Shown here: piece by piece, positions 16,988 through 25,622 of the stretch
Numbering within the stretch: position 1 is the stretch's first letter
Layout: the number at the start of each line of letters is the position of its first letter
IMG/VR virus record: IMGVR_UViG_3300044739_000008
Coordinates: 1 to 50,925 of that record
Length of the DNA: 50,925 nucleotides
Reading direction: 5' to 3' (one strand)
DNA from: a virus
Taxonomy: Duplodnaviria; Caudoviricetes
The notes under the pieces: model-generated
Databases searched by the model: none
What the model saw: only the letters and a program-made list of their open reading frames with translations
Told to the model about the DNA's origin: nothing
Made by a program: the position numbers and the translations under genes

Positions 16988-17803
16988 CTACCTCCTGGTA
17001 GTCGCGCGCGGCTTGACCCGCGCTTTGGTCTGACGCTTTGCGGGCGCCCTTTTCGGCTTCGCCTTCGGGCGAGCGGCCTCGATTGCTTCGATGATCTTCG
17101 GCATCGAGGGGTTGAACATCTTCCCCTCCGAGTCGTCCAGCGCGCCGATCTGATCACGAGCGTGAAAGTCGTCGGACTCCCTCGTGTAGATCACGGGTGT
17201 CCCCTTCTTGGTCTTGGTCATGTACGCGACGATGTGCATGTAGCCGCATATCTTCGAGGCCATCCCCTTGCCCTGGACGTAGGGCATGAGCTTCTCATCG
17301 GCGTCCTCGGTGTCCTCGATCGGGAGGTCAGCCGGGTGCGCCGTGATCCCGAAGTTGAAGAGCCCGTCATCGGCCATCCCAGCCATATGCCGGACCCAGC
17401 GCGAGAGGCGCTGCATGTTGATGAAGTAGTCGCCCTTGTCGAGCCCGAAGCGAGCGCGGTGCGGCTTCTCAGTGATGATCGTCTGCCACAGGTCGTCTAG
17501 CCCTACGTCCTGCCAGAGCGAGATCGAATCGAACCAGACCCAGTCATACTCCTCGTGCCCGCCGTGGCGCAGGTACTCGAACGCCTCCCACATCTCGTCC
17601 CAGTCCTTGATGACCCACTCCTTGGAGTCGCCGGACTTGATGGAGTCGGTGTTCTCGGTCGGCGCCCGGAGAATGAGCGCGCGCGGGCTCGTCCCCGCGA
17701 GCGGCGTCTTGCCGATGCCCCACGGTCCGTACACGAGAATCTTGACGCACTTCGAGCGTCCGTCCGCGACGGGTCGAATGGGCGGTGGTCCGTTGACTGA
17801 CAT
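16988..17803 (-). CDS. AAA_24/Sak4-like ATPase (single-strand annealing)
   Basis: ILVYGPWGIGKT, WVWFDSIS, ITAH; adjacent to Cas4-like nuclease and SSB. Confidence 0.85.
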   Translation of the reverse strand: MSVNGPPPIRPVADGRSKCVKILVYGPWGIGKTPLAGTSPRALILRAPTENTDSIKSGDSKEWVIKDWDEMWEAFEYLRHGGHEEYDWVWFDSISLWQDVGLDDLWQTIITEKPHRARFGLDKGDYFINMQRLSRWVRHMAGMADDGLFNFGITAHPADLPIEDTEDADEKLMPYVQGKGMASKICGYMHIVAYMTKTKKGTPVIYTRESDDFHARDQIGALDDSEGKMFNPSMPKIIEAIEAARPKAKPKRAPAKRQTKARVKPRATTRR

Positions 17804-17810
17804 AGTCCTC

Positions 17811-18800
17811 CTAGTGACGTTCGGCTAGCTCGTGTGCGGCGTAGGGCGACCACTCGACGTACTCCGTGCGGAGGTACGTCTTGAAGTCGCTGCCCGTCTC
17901 GTGAAGCTCGCACGGGTCCTTGAACGCACAGCCAGCGCAATTCGGCATGTACAACGGGCCGGGGTTCTTGTACACCCGGCTCGGGTCCTCCTCACACTCC
18001 ATGATGTCGCGGACCTCGGCCAGGACGCGCTCGTGAAGCATGCGCCGGTCCTCGGTGTCCCTGTAGACCGGCTCGCGGTGGAAGTAGGGAGCGGGTTGCG
18101 TCTTGCTGATCGAGCCGTCCTTGTTGAGGACCCGCCCTAGCTCGTCATAGGTCTTGTCGGGGTTCCGTCGCGCCTTCCGAAGGAACGTGTAGAGGATGTG
18201 ATCGATGGTCGCGCCCTCGGGGAGGATGCCCTGCTTGGCGAGCCAGCGCGGTCCATAGCACCAGTACCTCCCGGCTTGCTCGTCCATGGCGAGCCCGACC
18301 GTGTTGATCGCCGTCGCCGTCTTGTACTCCTTGAAGATGATGATCCCGTTCGAGCGGTTCTCCCAGACACCGTCGAGCGTCCCTACGTAGTTGAAGCGCC
18401 GACCGTCCGGGAGCCGGAGCGGGACCTGGAACACCTGCTCGCTGGAGAGCACCTTCCACTCCTGGTCCGCGTCCTGGTACGTCTCGACGTAGCCGTTGAG
18501 CATGGCGATCCCTAGCTCAAGCGCGTCCTCCCACGTCTCATCGACGTAGACGTTGAAGCCCTTGTCCTCGTGTTCCTTCGCCTGCTCGTGGTACAACTGA
18601 ACGAAGGTCTCAGCCGGGTCGGGACCGCGCTTGATCCCCGGCTTGTAGTAGGGCGCGAGCGCTCGGTGAACGAGATCGCCGAAGCGGAGCGCCGGTGTAG
18701 CCATCTGCGGTTCGAGCCGGTCCCGGTAGGACCAGGCCCAGCGCCATCGACAGGTCTTGAAGCTCCCTAGCTCTGAGCCTCGAACTAGGCGCTTAGACAT
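17811..18800 (-). CDS. Cas4-like/PD-(D/E)XK exonuclease
   Basis: FKTCRWRW, ALRFGDLVH, GTLDGV...EYKT, Q...Y, C-terminal CAGCAFKDPC. Confidence 0.88.
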   Translation of the reverse strand: MSKRLVRGSELGSFKTCRWRWAWSYRDRLEPQMATPALRFGDLVHRALAPYYKPGIKRGPDPAETFVQLYHEQAKEHEDKGFNVYVDETWEDALELGIAMLNGYVETYQDADQEWKVLSSEQVFQVPLRLPDGRRFNYVGTLDGVWENRSNGIIIFKEYKTATAINTVGLAMDEQAGRYWCYGPRWLAKQGILPEGATIDHILYTFLRKARRNPDKTYDELGRVLNKDGSISKTQPAPYFHREPVYRDTEDRRMLHERVLAEVRDIMECEEDPSRVYKNPGPLYMPNCAGCAFKDPCELHETGSDFKTYLRTEYVEWSPYAAHELAERH

Positions 18801-18865
18801 CACTGCTGGAACGGGCGGGTGGTGAACTCATCCGTAGGAACTCCTCTGATGGTTGCTGTAGCCGT

Positions 18866-19004
18866 CGAGCGGACCGGCGAGAGTCGGCGACCCTACCGGC
18901 TCGATCGGCGGACGCCGAGCCCTCGCCGCGTTTACCCCGCATCTTCCGTAAGAAGGGCGCAGGGCTCCCAGCCCGAGCCGGAACCCATCGGGCGGGTCCG
19001 CCCG
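18866..19004 (-). ncRNA. Candidate structured RNA element
   Basis: Nested stems 18866-75/18995-19004, 18896-903/18974-81, 18917-23/18961-67 plus internal hairpins. Confidence 0.4.
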
Positions 19005-19248
19005 GTCGTCCGGTATCGTCCCCGCCGTGCGGGCCAGAACGCTCGCGCCACACGGTGAACTCATCCTCTCGTGTTGCTGGTGAAGGGCGCTCCGGGCGGG
19101 GCGCCCTTCGCTCATCCGGGCTCGCGCGTCCGTCCCGCGTAGGCGCGCGAGGGGCACCCGTAGTCGTGAGAGGAGGCGAGGTTCAACCTAACCCCTCCTC
19201 CTCTCGCGTCGGGTCGTGTCGCCCGCGTAGGCGGGACGCGCGCGAGGG

Positions 19249-21129
19249 TCAGGCGGCGAGCGAGCGGAGCCCGCGCTGGCGCAGATCGAGGAGCGAGGAG
19301 TTGGTGATCTTCTTGCCCTCGCCGACCTCGGCGATGTACTCCTGGATCGTCCCCGCCGTCCGGTACGTGTAGACGACGAGGGCTGTGGTGCGCTCGCCCC
19401 GGTCGCCCCGGTCGATCAGCTGCTCTTGGTCGTCGGGGTTCCACGTCTCATCGAGGATGTGAACGCTCCCGGTGATCTCTAGGTTGAGCGAGACGCCGCC
19501 CGTTTGGGTCGTCATCACGATCACTCGCGGCTCCTCGGCGGTCCCGTCCTTGTACCACTCGATGACGGCGTTGCGGTCGGCGCCGGTGACGGTCCCATCG
19601 AGCCTCCTCGCGGCGATCCCGGCCTGGCCCAGGTACTCCTCCACGACCTCAACGAACAGCTGAGAGGCAGACGCGACGATGGCCCTCGTGCGCGGCTCCG
19701 GCTCCTCGACGCGAACACCCTGCTCGGCGAGGCGATCGAGGAGGAGCGGGAGCTTGCCGGAGTCGGTGGTGGGGTAGGGCGAGCCGTCCCGAAGCTCCTG
19801 GCGCGAGTTAGCGAACTGCTTCAGGCGCGTGTACTCGGTGAGGACGTTGGTCGCGGCGATCCGGCCCTCATCAATCGCAAGCTCGGCCTCCTTGGCGAAC
19901 TCGCTGTACTGGGCGCGCTGCTTCGGCGTCATCGGGCACTCGACCAGGTTCCACTGAACCTCGGGGAGTCCGGGGAGGGCTTCGCGCTTCATCCGGCGCA
20001 CCATGATCCGCGCGTGGGCGCGGTAGAACTCGTCCACCACGTCGCCTCGGAGCCCGCCGACGCTCTTGTAGCCCAGATCGTTCTCCGTGATGTGGAGCCA
20101 CTTCTCAGCCCAGGTCCAGAAGCTCGTGTATTCACTCGGCTGGAGCCACTGGAGCGTCGGGAACAGCCGCCTTGGCTTTCCACCCATCGGCGTCCCGCTC
20201 ATCGCTCCGCGCTTCGCCGCGTCGAGCCGCGCGGCTCCTCGGGCGAACAGGGACTTCTGGTTGGGCAGGCCGCTCTTGTGGAACTCGTCTATGAGAACGG
20301 ACTCCCAGGCGATCTTGAAGAGATCGGGGTGGCGCTCGGCGAAGGGGTGCTGGAGCTTCCCTTCGATCATCTTCTTGGGTTGCTCCTTGTCGCGGTAGAG
20401 ACGCACGTCATCGTAGCCGACGACCAGCCAGAAGGGCTCGCCCGCCTCGTCCATCCGCTTCGCCTCGCGGATCGCGTCGGCGCGTCCCTCGGGCGAGTCG
20501 CCCCAGAGCACCGGGTGGTCCGTGTAGCGGGTCAACTCGACCACCCACGGGTCCCAGTGGGCCGTGACGAGGTTGATGATCAGGTGAGAGCCGTTCCACT
20601 CGACCTCCGGCGTCTCGGCGACGGCGCCGATCCACTCCAGCGTCTTGCCGGTCCCCGGCTGATTCGCGTTGAGCGGGTTGCACTGGGCCATCATGGCGAT
20701 GTCGGCGCGCTGGTACGGACGCGGGCTGCGGTCGCGCATCAGCGGGTGGGGCTCGCCGTTCGGGAGCGGCGGGAGCCCGAGCCACGTCTGGGGCTTGCCG
20801 TCGATGACCTCGCAAAGCTCGGGGACGAGCGCCGGAGCGCGCGTCAACTCGGCGTCCTCGGCGACGGCGAGCGAGGCTAGGTTGCGCTCGCGCTGGACCT
20901 GATCCCGGCCCCAGGCGCGGAGCCCGTCACCGAGGACCAGATCGGGGAAGTGCCGCCGAAGCTCGCGCGCCGTCTCTAGATCGAGCGGGCAGCGCCAGAA
21001 GGGACCGCCCTTGTCCTTGCCGATGAAGCGGCGTCCGGCGACGAGCTTGATCTTGGCGACTGCGATCGGATCGTAGGGGAAGTGAACGTCAATCCGGTCC
21101 TGGCGCTCGCTGAGTTCGGCGAAGATCAT
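19249..21129 (-). CDS. SNF2-family helicase
   Basis: PRPYQ, NQPGTGKT, LIDEFH, MSGTP, GGVSLNL, WNP...Q..DR..R. Confidence 0.92.
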   Translation of the reverse strand: MIFAELSERQDRIDVHFPYDPIAVAKIKLVAGRRFIGKDKGGPFWRCPLDLETARELRRHFPDLVLGDGLRAWGRDQVQRERNLASLAVAEDAELTRAPALVPELCEVIDGKPQTWLGLPPLPNGEPHPLMRDRSPRPYQRADIAMMAQCNPLNANQPGTGKTLEWIGAVAETPEVEWNGSHLIINLVTAHWDPWVVELTRYTDHPVLWGDSPEGRADAIREAKRMDEAGEPFWLVVGYDDVRLYRDKEQPKKMIEGKLQHPFAERHPDLFKIAWESVLIDEFHKSGLPNQKSLFARGAARLDAAKRGAMSGTPMGGKPRRLFPTLQWLQPSEYTSFWTWAEKWLHITENDLGYKSVGGLRGDVVDEFYRAHARIMVRRMKREALPGLPEVQWNLVECPMTPKQRAQYSEFAKEAELAIDEGRIAATNVLTEYTRLKQFANSRQELRDGSPYPTTDSGKLPLLLDRLAEQGVRVEEPEPRTRAIVASASQLFVEVVEEYLGQAGIAARRLDGTVTGADRNAVIEWYKDGTAEEPRVIVMTTQTGGVSLNLEITGSVHILDETWNPDDQEQLIDRGDRGERTTALVVYTYRTAGTIQEYIAEVGEGKKITNSSLLDLRQRGLRSLAA

Positions 21130-21395
21130 TATTCGACCATACCGTCAGATGCCGCCGCCCACAAGAGGAGACCACACAGCCGGTCCTCCGACACGACGAC
21201 ATCCGCCTCAAGCTCGGAGCCCTCGAAGCTCTCAACGCGGAAGGTCCCCTTGCCCTTGGGCCGGTATCTGATGACGCGGAGCCCGCTCTGGAACTCGCGC
21301 GCGCTGGGGTGGCCGGGGACCTTGGCCACCTCAACGCCGAGCGCCCGCGCGTGGCGGGCGACTCGGGTTGCGGGGAGGTTGACGCGACGGCTCAC
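21129..21395 (-). CDS. Hypothetical protein
   Basis: Coupled ORF (TAATG overlap with helicase). Confidence 0.65.
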   Translation of the reverse strand: MSRRVNLPATRVARHARALGVEVAKVPGHPSAREFQSGLRVIRYRPKGKGTFRVESFEGSELEADVVVSEDRLCGLLLWAAASDGMVE

Positions 21396-21649
21396 GCGAG
21401 CCCGTCGCAGCAGGGGAAGAAGTGGCAGTCGTCGGCGCCTTCGCCGGGGCGCATCGAGCCCTCGGCGATGTGGTCGGCGTAAATCTCGTCGCCAACCTCG
21501 TCGCGGGACGCGGCCTCGATCGTCCAGCCGTGCCGGTACTCCGGCTCACGCTGGGCGTTGCGCTTCAGGTCCGCGCAACCCTCGGCGTGGACGTGGAACG
21601 TACCCTTGCTCTGGTCGTTCAGGTTGGGGCCGCAGATCGTCACCTTCAT
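21392..21649 (-). CDS. Hypothetical protein, possibly metal binding (HAEGC...FPCC)
   Basis: SD AGAGGAG; first gene after promoter; alternative in-frame start at 21679. Confidence 0.75.
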   Translation of the reverse strand: MKVTICGPNLNDQSKGTFHVHAEGCADLKRNAQREPEYRHGWTIEAASRDEVGDEIYADHIAEGSMRPGEGADDCHFFPCCDGLA

Positions 21650-21667
21650 GGTAGCTCCTCTTGGGTC

Positions 21668-21715
21668 GGTTGAACTCATCTAGACGATCATAAGGGCTAA
21701 TGAACGAACGTACAA
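21668..21715 (-). promoter_or_regulatory. Sigma70/SigA-type promoter with conserved downstream motif
   Basis: TTGTAC-17 bp-TATGAT then CGTCTA-GATGAGTTCAACC. Confidence 0.8.
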
Positions 21716-21717
21716 GT

Positions 21718-21760
21718 GGGAGGGGCGGCGGCCAGCCGGTTGAAGACCGCCACCCCTCCC
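21718..21760 (-). terminator. Terminator-like hairpin
   Basis: GGGAGGGGTGGCGG/CCGCCGCCCCTCCC 14-bp stem with one G-U; short T-rich tail. Confidence 0.55.
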
Positions 21761-21813
21761 TACCTCGGGTCCGGCGAGGGAGACGCCGGTGGGCTCAGCG
21801 CCCGAGGCAAGTG

Positions 21814-21960
21814 TTACCGGCGCCCGCTCCCTTCGCGGAAGCCGTCGCGGAGCGCCTTGCCGAGGACGCCGAGATGCTGCTTGGCCTCCTCCTTGCGGCG
21901 AGCGTTCGTGGTCTCCACGCGCTCCATGAAGCTCGGTTTGTCGGGCTTCCGGCGCTTCAT
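21814..21960 (-). CDS. 48-aa basic protein (not in ORF track)
   Basis: MKRRKPDKPSFMERVE...; ATGA overlap, SD GGAGG. Confidence 0.6.
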   Translation of the reverse strand: MKRRKPDKPSFMERVETTNARRKEEAKQHLGVLGKALRDGFREGSGRR

Positions 21961-22463
21961 GCGGCCTCCCTCACGCCCTCACCCGCAACGATCGTCGCGG
22001 CGTAGTGCTCGCCTCGCGGACGGTACACGTAGCCCGCCCGACCGTTCCGGCCTCTGTCCAGCAAGCCCTCCTTGCGGCAGGACGTGATCGCCTTCCAGAG
22101 GAGCGTGTCGCTGAACCGGGAGCCGAAGTGCTGCGGCTCCTTGAGGTCGCCGAACCTGAAGGACTCCGGCGCCTCGCCCTTCTGGATCCAGTCGCGCATC
22201 GTCTGCCACGCGGTGTAGGAGCCCGAGCCCTCCCTTGGGTACGGGTCCGCCAGGACCTCCTCGTCACTCCGGTTGGACGCTCCGGCGCGCGTACCTCGCC
22301 GCTCCGGCGCGTCACCGTTCGAGCTTGGCCGGGTCCTCGGCTGGATCGTGTCGAGGTAGCGCTCAGCCTCCTCGATCTCTCGTTCCAGCGCCCTGATCTC
22401 GATCCGAGCTTCGCGGATGCGAGCCTTCACGCCCTTGGCGAGCGTTGTCTTGAGGTCACTCAT
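21957..22463 (-). CDS. Coiled-coil plus probable winged-helix DNA-binding protein
   Basis: Heptad N-terminus; C-terminal LWKAITSCRKEGLLDRGRNGRAGYVY. Confidence 0.6.
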   Translation of the reverse strand: MSDLKTTLAKGVKARIREARIEIRALEREIEEAERYLDTIQPRTRPSSNGDAPERRGTRAGASNRSDEEVLADPYPREGSGSYTAWQTMRDWIQKGEAPESFRFGDLKEPQHFGSRFSDTLLWKAITSCRKEGLLDRGRNGRAGYVYRPRGEHYAATIVAGEGVREAA

Positions 22464-22747
22464 TTGCTCATCCTCCTCTTGACCCTCCTGCCGGGTATCC
22501 GGGCGGTCCCGAAGCACCACGGGCAGGAGGCTGTTTCGTAGGTCCGCCCGTTCACCTTGTGCGGGCGCTTCCATCCGACCGAAGCCCAGAAGCTCCGGCC
22601 ACACCGCTTACGCGGGCACGTCACCTTCAACATGGCGCCCTCCTCGGCGCCCTCGAACTCGAACCGCTCGACGGCGAATGCCGGGAGCGCGGAGGGAGGA
22701 GGCATGACCTCCTCCATCCTGGTCTGAAGTGCCGACTCTCTCGGCAT
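22460..22747 (-). CDS. Zinc-ribbon protein
   Basis: CPRKRC...CPWC. Confidence 0.7.
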   Translation of the reverse strand: MPRESALQTRMEEVMPPPSALPAFAVERFEFEGAEEGAMLKVTCPRKRCGRSFWASVGWKRPHKVNGRTYETASCPWCFGTARIPGRRVKRRMSK

Positions 22748-23091
22748 CAGAACGTCACGAGGTTGATTGACACGCTCGTCCCGTACTCGGGCTCGAACGG
22801 TAGGTTGGCGTCCTGAAGGAGCCCGCTGATCTCATCGACCTCGATCATCTCAACCCACTGACGCGACTCCCACACGACCTCGGCGGGCCACCGCTCGGGA
22901 TCGCTCCCCGGTCGGTGGCAGTTGATTCGATTGCCCATGATGTCCGTCGCCGACCGCTTGTCCGGCCACTGGCCGTCGAAGCGAGCCTTGATGTAGCCTC
23001 GGACGATCCTGAATGCGGCGGTTAGCTCCGCGTTCGGGTACGGGCGCGGCTGCGGGTCCGGCGTCGAGAGGCGCCGTCGCACCGGCGTCAT
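22747..23091 (-). CDS. Hypothetical protein
   Basis: Coupled ORF. Confidence 0.7.
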   Translation of the reverse strand: MTPVRRRLSTPDPQPRPYPNAELTAAFRIVRGYIKARFDGQWPDKRSATDIMGNRINCHRPGSDPERWPAEVVWESRQWVEMIEVDEISGLLQDANLPFEPEYGTSVSINLVTF

Positions 23092-23435
23092 CGAACTAGC
23101 TCCACGTGCGGACGAGCGTAGTAGCGGTCGATGTAGACCGCCACGGCTTCCCGCTGCGTCCGGCAGATGGCTAGCTCGGGCGCCAGGATCGTCGGGCGGT
23201 GCGTGAAGCCGTCCGCCTCCCGAACCTCGGTGCCCTCCTTAGCTCGCTCGAACCGCAACACGTACTTGCTGCGGAAGCTCGCCGAGTCGCAGTTCAGTCC
23301 GTGCGTCTCGATCACAGCAACCTCGCGCTCGTCCTTCACGAGGGCGATGCCCCAGACGGGCGGCCAGCTGCCTACGTAGTAGCGCTCGATCGTGATGCCG
23401 ATCTTCCCGAGCGCTTCCTGGTGTCTCTTGTTCAT
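23088..23435 (-). CDS. Hypothetical protein
   Basis: SD-led ATG, coupled downstream. Confidence 0.7.
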   Translation of the reverse strand: MNKRHQEALGKIGITIERYYVGSWPPVWGIALVKDEREVAVIETHGLNCDSASFRSKYVLRFERAKEGTEVREADGFTHRPTILAPELAICRTQREAVAVYIDRYYARPHVELVR

Positions 23436-23492
23436 CTCGTGCTCATCCTCTCGTTGGTCCTCTGGTTGTACACTTCGGGCGGGTGGACCGTA

Positions 23493-23529
23493 CCCCAGCC
23501 CTCTCGCGGACCGGCGCGGAGGGCTGGGG
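23493..23529 (-). terminator. Intergenic hairpin
   Basis: CCCCAGCCCT/AGGGCTGGGG stem with inner pairing; no clear U-tract. Confidence 0.45.
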
Positions 23530-23545
23530 AGACGGTGGGGAGACT

Positions 23546-24571
23546 CTAACCCCTTTCGATCTCCCGGCGCGCTCCCACGCGACGGCTCGGGGACGTGCCC
23601 AGGTCCGCGCGGGCGCCCGCTGCGCTCCCGGCGTAGTAGGCGGACATGTCGGTCGCAAGCTCGCGGGAGACGGCGCCGCCGCCCTTCGACTTCTTGCCGT
23701 CATCCTCGGGCGGCGGAAACATCTCCTGGTACATGTCGTCGGCGACCTGGCGGATGTCCCGGAGCGCGAGCGCGGCGGGGTTGTCGCCGGTGCCCTCGGC
23801 GCGAGCGCGCAGCTGGCGCATCCGCTTGCGGACCTCCGAGACGAAGCCCATCGCGTAGGAGCGCTGGAACACGCCGGGGTGAACGTAGTTGCGCTCCAGC
23901 CCGTTGTCTCTCGCGTGCTTCCGGTTCAGCTGGGCGAGCCGGTTCTTGATCACCTTCCAGTACGCCTCGGGGAGCCGGTCGAACGGCGTGGCCGCCTCGA
24001 TCGTCTCGCCGTCCCGGCTCATGTGCTCGCCGCGCGACGGCTTGACCATCCCGGCCTCCCAGAGGAGCTTGGTGATCCGCTCCCAGTTCATCCCGGCCAT
24101 CCGCATGTCGTAGACGTTCTCCGCGAGCGTCTTGTCGGCGGTCGGCTGACGCTCAAGCTCGCGCCCCATCTGGAGCATGAGGCTCGTGAACATCAGGTCG
24201 AAGTAGTCCAGGTCACTCGGGAGCCCGATCAGCGGCATCTGCGAGTAGCCGCCCGGACCGGAGCCCTGGCCCCGGTACGCGACGACGCAGCGGCAGTGCC
24301 GCGCGCACGCGGTGAACAAGCCCCAAAGCTCGTCGCCGCGCGAGTGCCCCCACCACCAATTGATATCGACGTAGCGCGCCTCCGGCTTCGGGCGGGCCGT
24401 GACGCCGTCCTGGGCCTGATCGACCTGCCACTGCTCGATCGCGTAGGCGGTCATCAACTCGTCCGCCTTCGCCCGGAAGGTCTCAGCCTCCTCGGGGAAG
24501 TTCGTGCTGTCGGCCTTCGCTAGGAGCGCTCGCACCCGCTCCAGCATCTTCGCGTTCCGGTCCTCGTTCAT
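23546..24571 (-). CDS. DUF2786-domain protein
   Basis: MLERVRALLAKADSTNFPEEAETFRAKADELMTAYAI; C-terminal AYYAGSAAGARADL. Confidence 0.85.
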   Translation of the reverse strand: MNEDRNAKMLERVRALLAKADSTNFPEEAETFRAKADELMTAYAIEQWQVDQAQDGVTARPKPEARYVDINWWWGHSRGDELWGLFTACARHCRCVVAYRGQGSGPGGYSQMPLIGLPSDLDYFDLMFTSLMLQMGRELERQPTADKTLAENVYDMRMAGMNWERITKLLWEAGMVKPSRGEHMSRDGETIEAATPFDRLPEAYWKVIKNRLAQLNRKHARDNGLERNYVHPGVFQRSYAMGFVSEVRKRMRQLRARAEGTGDNPAALALRDIRQVADDMYQEMFPPPEDDGKKSKGGGAVSRELATDMSAYYAGSAAGARADLGTSPSRRVGARREIERG

Positions 24572-24599
24572 CTCGTTCATCCTCCTCGTTGGTCTCGTG

Positions 24600-25202
24600 T
24601 TACCAGCCACGCTCGCCGCGACAGACCGGCCCGATGCCGACCGCGCGACTTGTCTCGTCCGTGAGCGTCCGTCCGCACACGCCGCACTCGCCTAGCTCGA
24701 CGCCGTAGCGCATCGTCGCCGCCTTCGGGTCCTCGGCGATCTGCTCCAGGATCGAGCGCTTCAGGTCCGGGCGCTTGATCGCTCCCTCGGCGGGCTCGCC
24801 GTGCGGTCCGCCTCGGAGGCTCTTGAGGAACGTGAAGCCCTCCCACCGGCCCTTGTCGGGGCGATCGACCTTGTAGAACTTCAGCACGCCGTCGCGCTCG
24901 ATCGCGTAACGGCCCTCGGGGACCTCGGGCCACTCGCCCGGACCCTGGCGCAGCTTCGCGTCGAGCACTCGGGTCGGCTCATCGACGCGGTGGGGCTGCG
25001 CCTTGAGCCGCGTGATGAAGTCCGAGGCGCGGAACTTGCTGATGTCGCCCGAGGCGATCCGAGCGTTCATCGCCTCGCGGGCGGCGTCGGGGACCTGCCG
25101 CTGCTTCAGCAGATCGGCGAGGTAGGACAGCTGCCGCTCGGTGGCGGGCGGTCCGCCTTCGCTCGCGGGCGGCGGGGTGGTGGGGTACTCGTTGCGGGGC
25201 AT
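24600..25202 (-). CDS. DUF6011-domain protein
   Basis: C-terminal CGVCGRTLTDETSRAVGIGPVC; N-terminal PATERQLSYLADL. Confidence 0.8.
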   Translation of the reverse strand: MPRNEYPTTPPPASEGGPPATERQLSYLADLLKQRQVPDAAREAMNARIASGDISKFRASDFITRLKAQPHRVDEPTRVLDAKLRQGPGEWPEVPEGRYAIERDGVLKFYKVDRPDKGRWEGFTFLKSLRGGPHGEPAEGAIKRPDLKRSILEQIAEDPKAATMRYGVELGECGVCGRTLTDETSRAVGIGPVCRGERGW

Positions 25203-25217
25203 ACCGGCTCCTCTGGT

Positions 25218-25265
25218 GGTTGAACTCATCGGGTCGATCATAACGCCAGATGCCCCGCCGTTCAA
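25218..25265 (-). promoter_or_regulatory. Sigma70/SigA-type promoter with conserved downstream motif
   Basis: TTGAAC-17 bp-TATGAT then CGACCC-GATGAGTTCAACC. Confidence 0.8.
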
Positions 25266-25286
25266 CTCCCTCGTGAACGGCGGGGC
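25252..25286. repeat. Perfect 13-bp inverted repeat overlapping the -35 box
   Basis: GCCCCGCCGTTCA-N9-TGAACGGCGGGGC. Confidence 0.85.
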
Positions 25287-25296
25287 GGGCGGCTGG

Positions 25297-25494
25297 CTAC
25301 TTGATCCCTACGATGTCGCCTTCGGCGACGGTGCGGCAGCCGCCCTCGGCGGCGATGAATTGGATCAACGGCTTCTGTCGGTTCCCGCCCGGAGCGCCAG
25401 CGGGGAGGTAGCGGCGGAAGTGCGTGACGCGGTGCGTGTCTTCGAGGATGGTGTACTTCCCCTCGCCGATCCGTACCTTGCTCATCGTCTCCAT
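25297..25494 (-). CDS. Hypothetical protein (start 25494 or 25485)
   Basis: Only plausible starts downstream of the hairpin region. Confidence 0.55.
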   Translation of the reverse strand: METMSKVRIGEGKYTILEDTHRVTHFRRYLPAGAPGGNRQKPLIQFIAAEGGCRTVAEGDIVGIK

Positions 25495-25546
25495 CCGCTT
25501 GCCTTCTATCAGAGCCGCGCGGTCCTCGGGGAGCGTGTGCTCATCG

Positions 25547-25595
25547 AACAACAGAGCGAGCGCGGTGGCGAGTCCTTCCGCCTCCCGCGCTCGCT
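25547..25595 (-). terminator. Intrinsic terminator candidate
   Basis: AGCGAGCGCGG/CCGCGCTCGCT stem followed by CTGTTGTT. Confidence 0.55.
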
Positions 25596-25622
25596 TGCTT
25601 CCCGAGCGATGCTGGGCTCCGC

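Noticed and set aside
17811-18800. Cas4-like gene as part of a CRISPR system
   Set aside because: No array or other cas genes; context (Sak4, SSB) is a standard phage recombination module
18866-19004. Known ribozyme or tRNA identity for the structured element
   Set aside because: No hammerhead CUGAUGA/GAAA core or tRNA T-loop/cloverleaf recognised; left unassigned
19158-19186. TTGAAC-based promoter upstream of the structured element
   Set aside because: No convincing -10 box at 17-18 bp spacing (TACGGG); the hexamer sits within a hairpin
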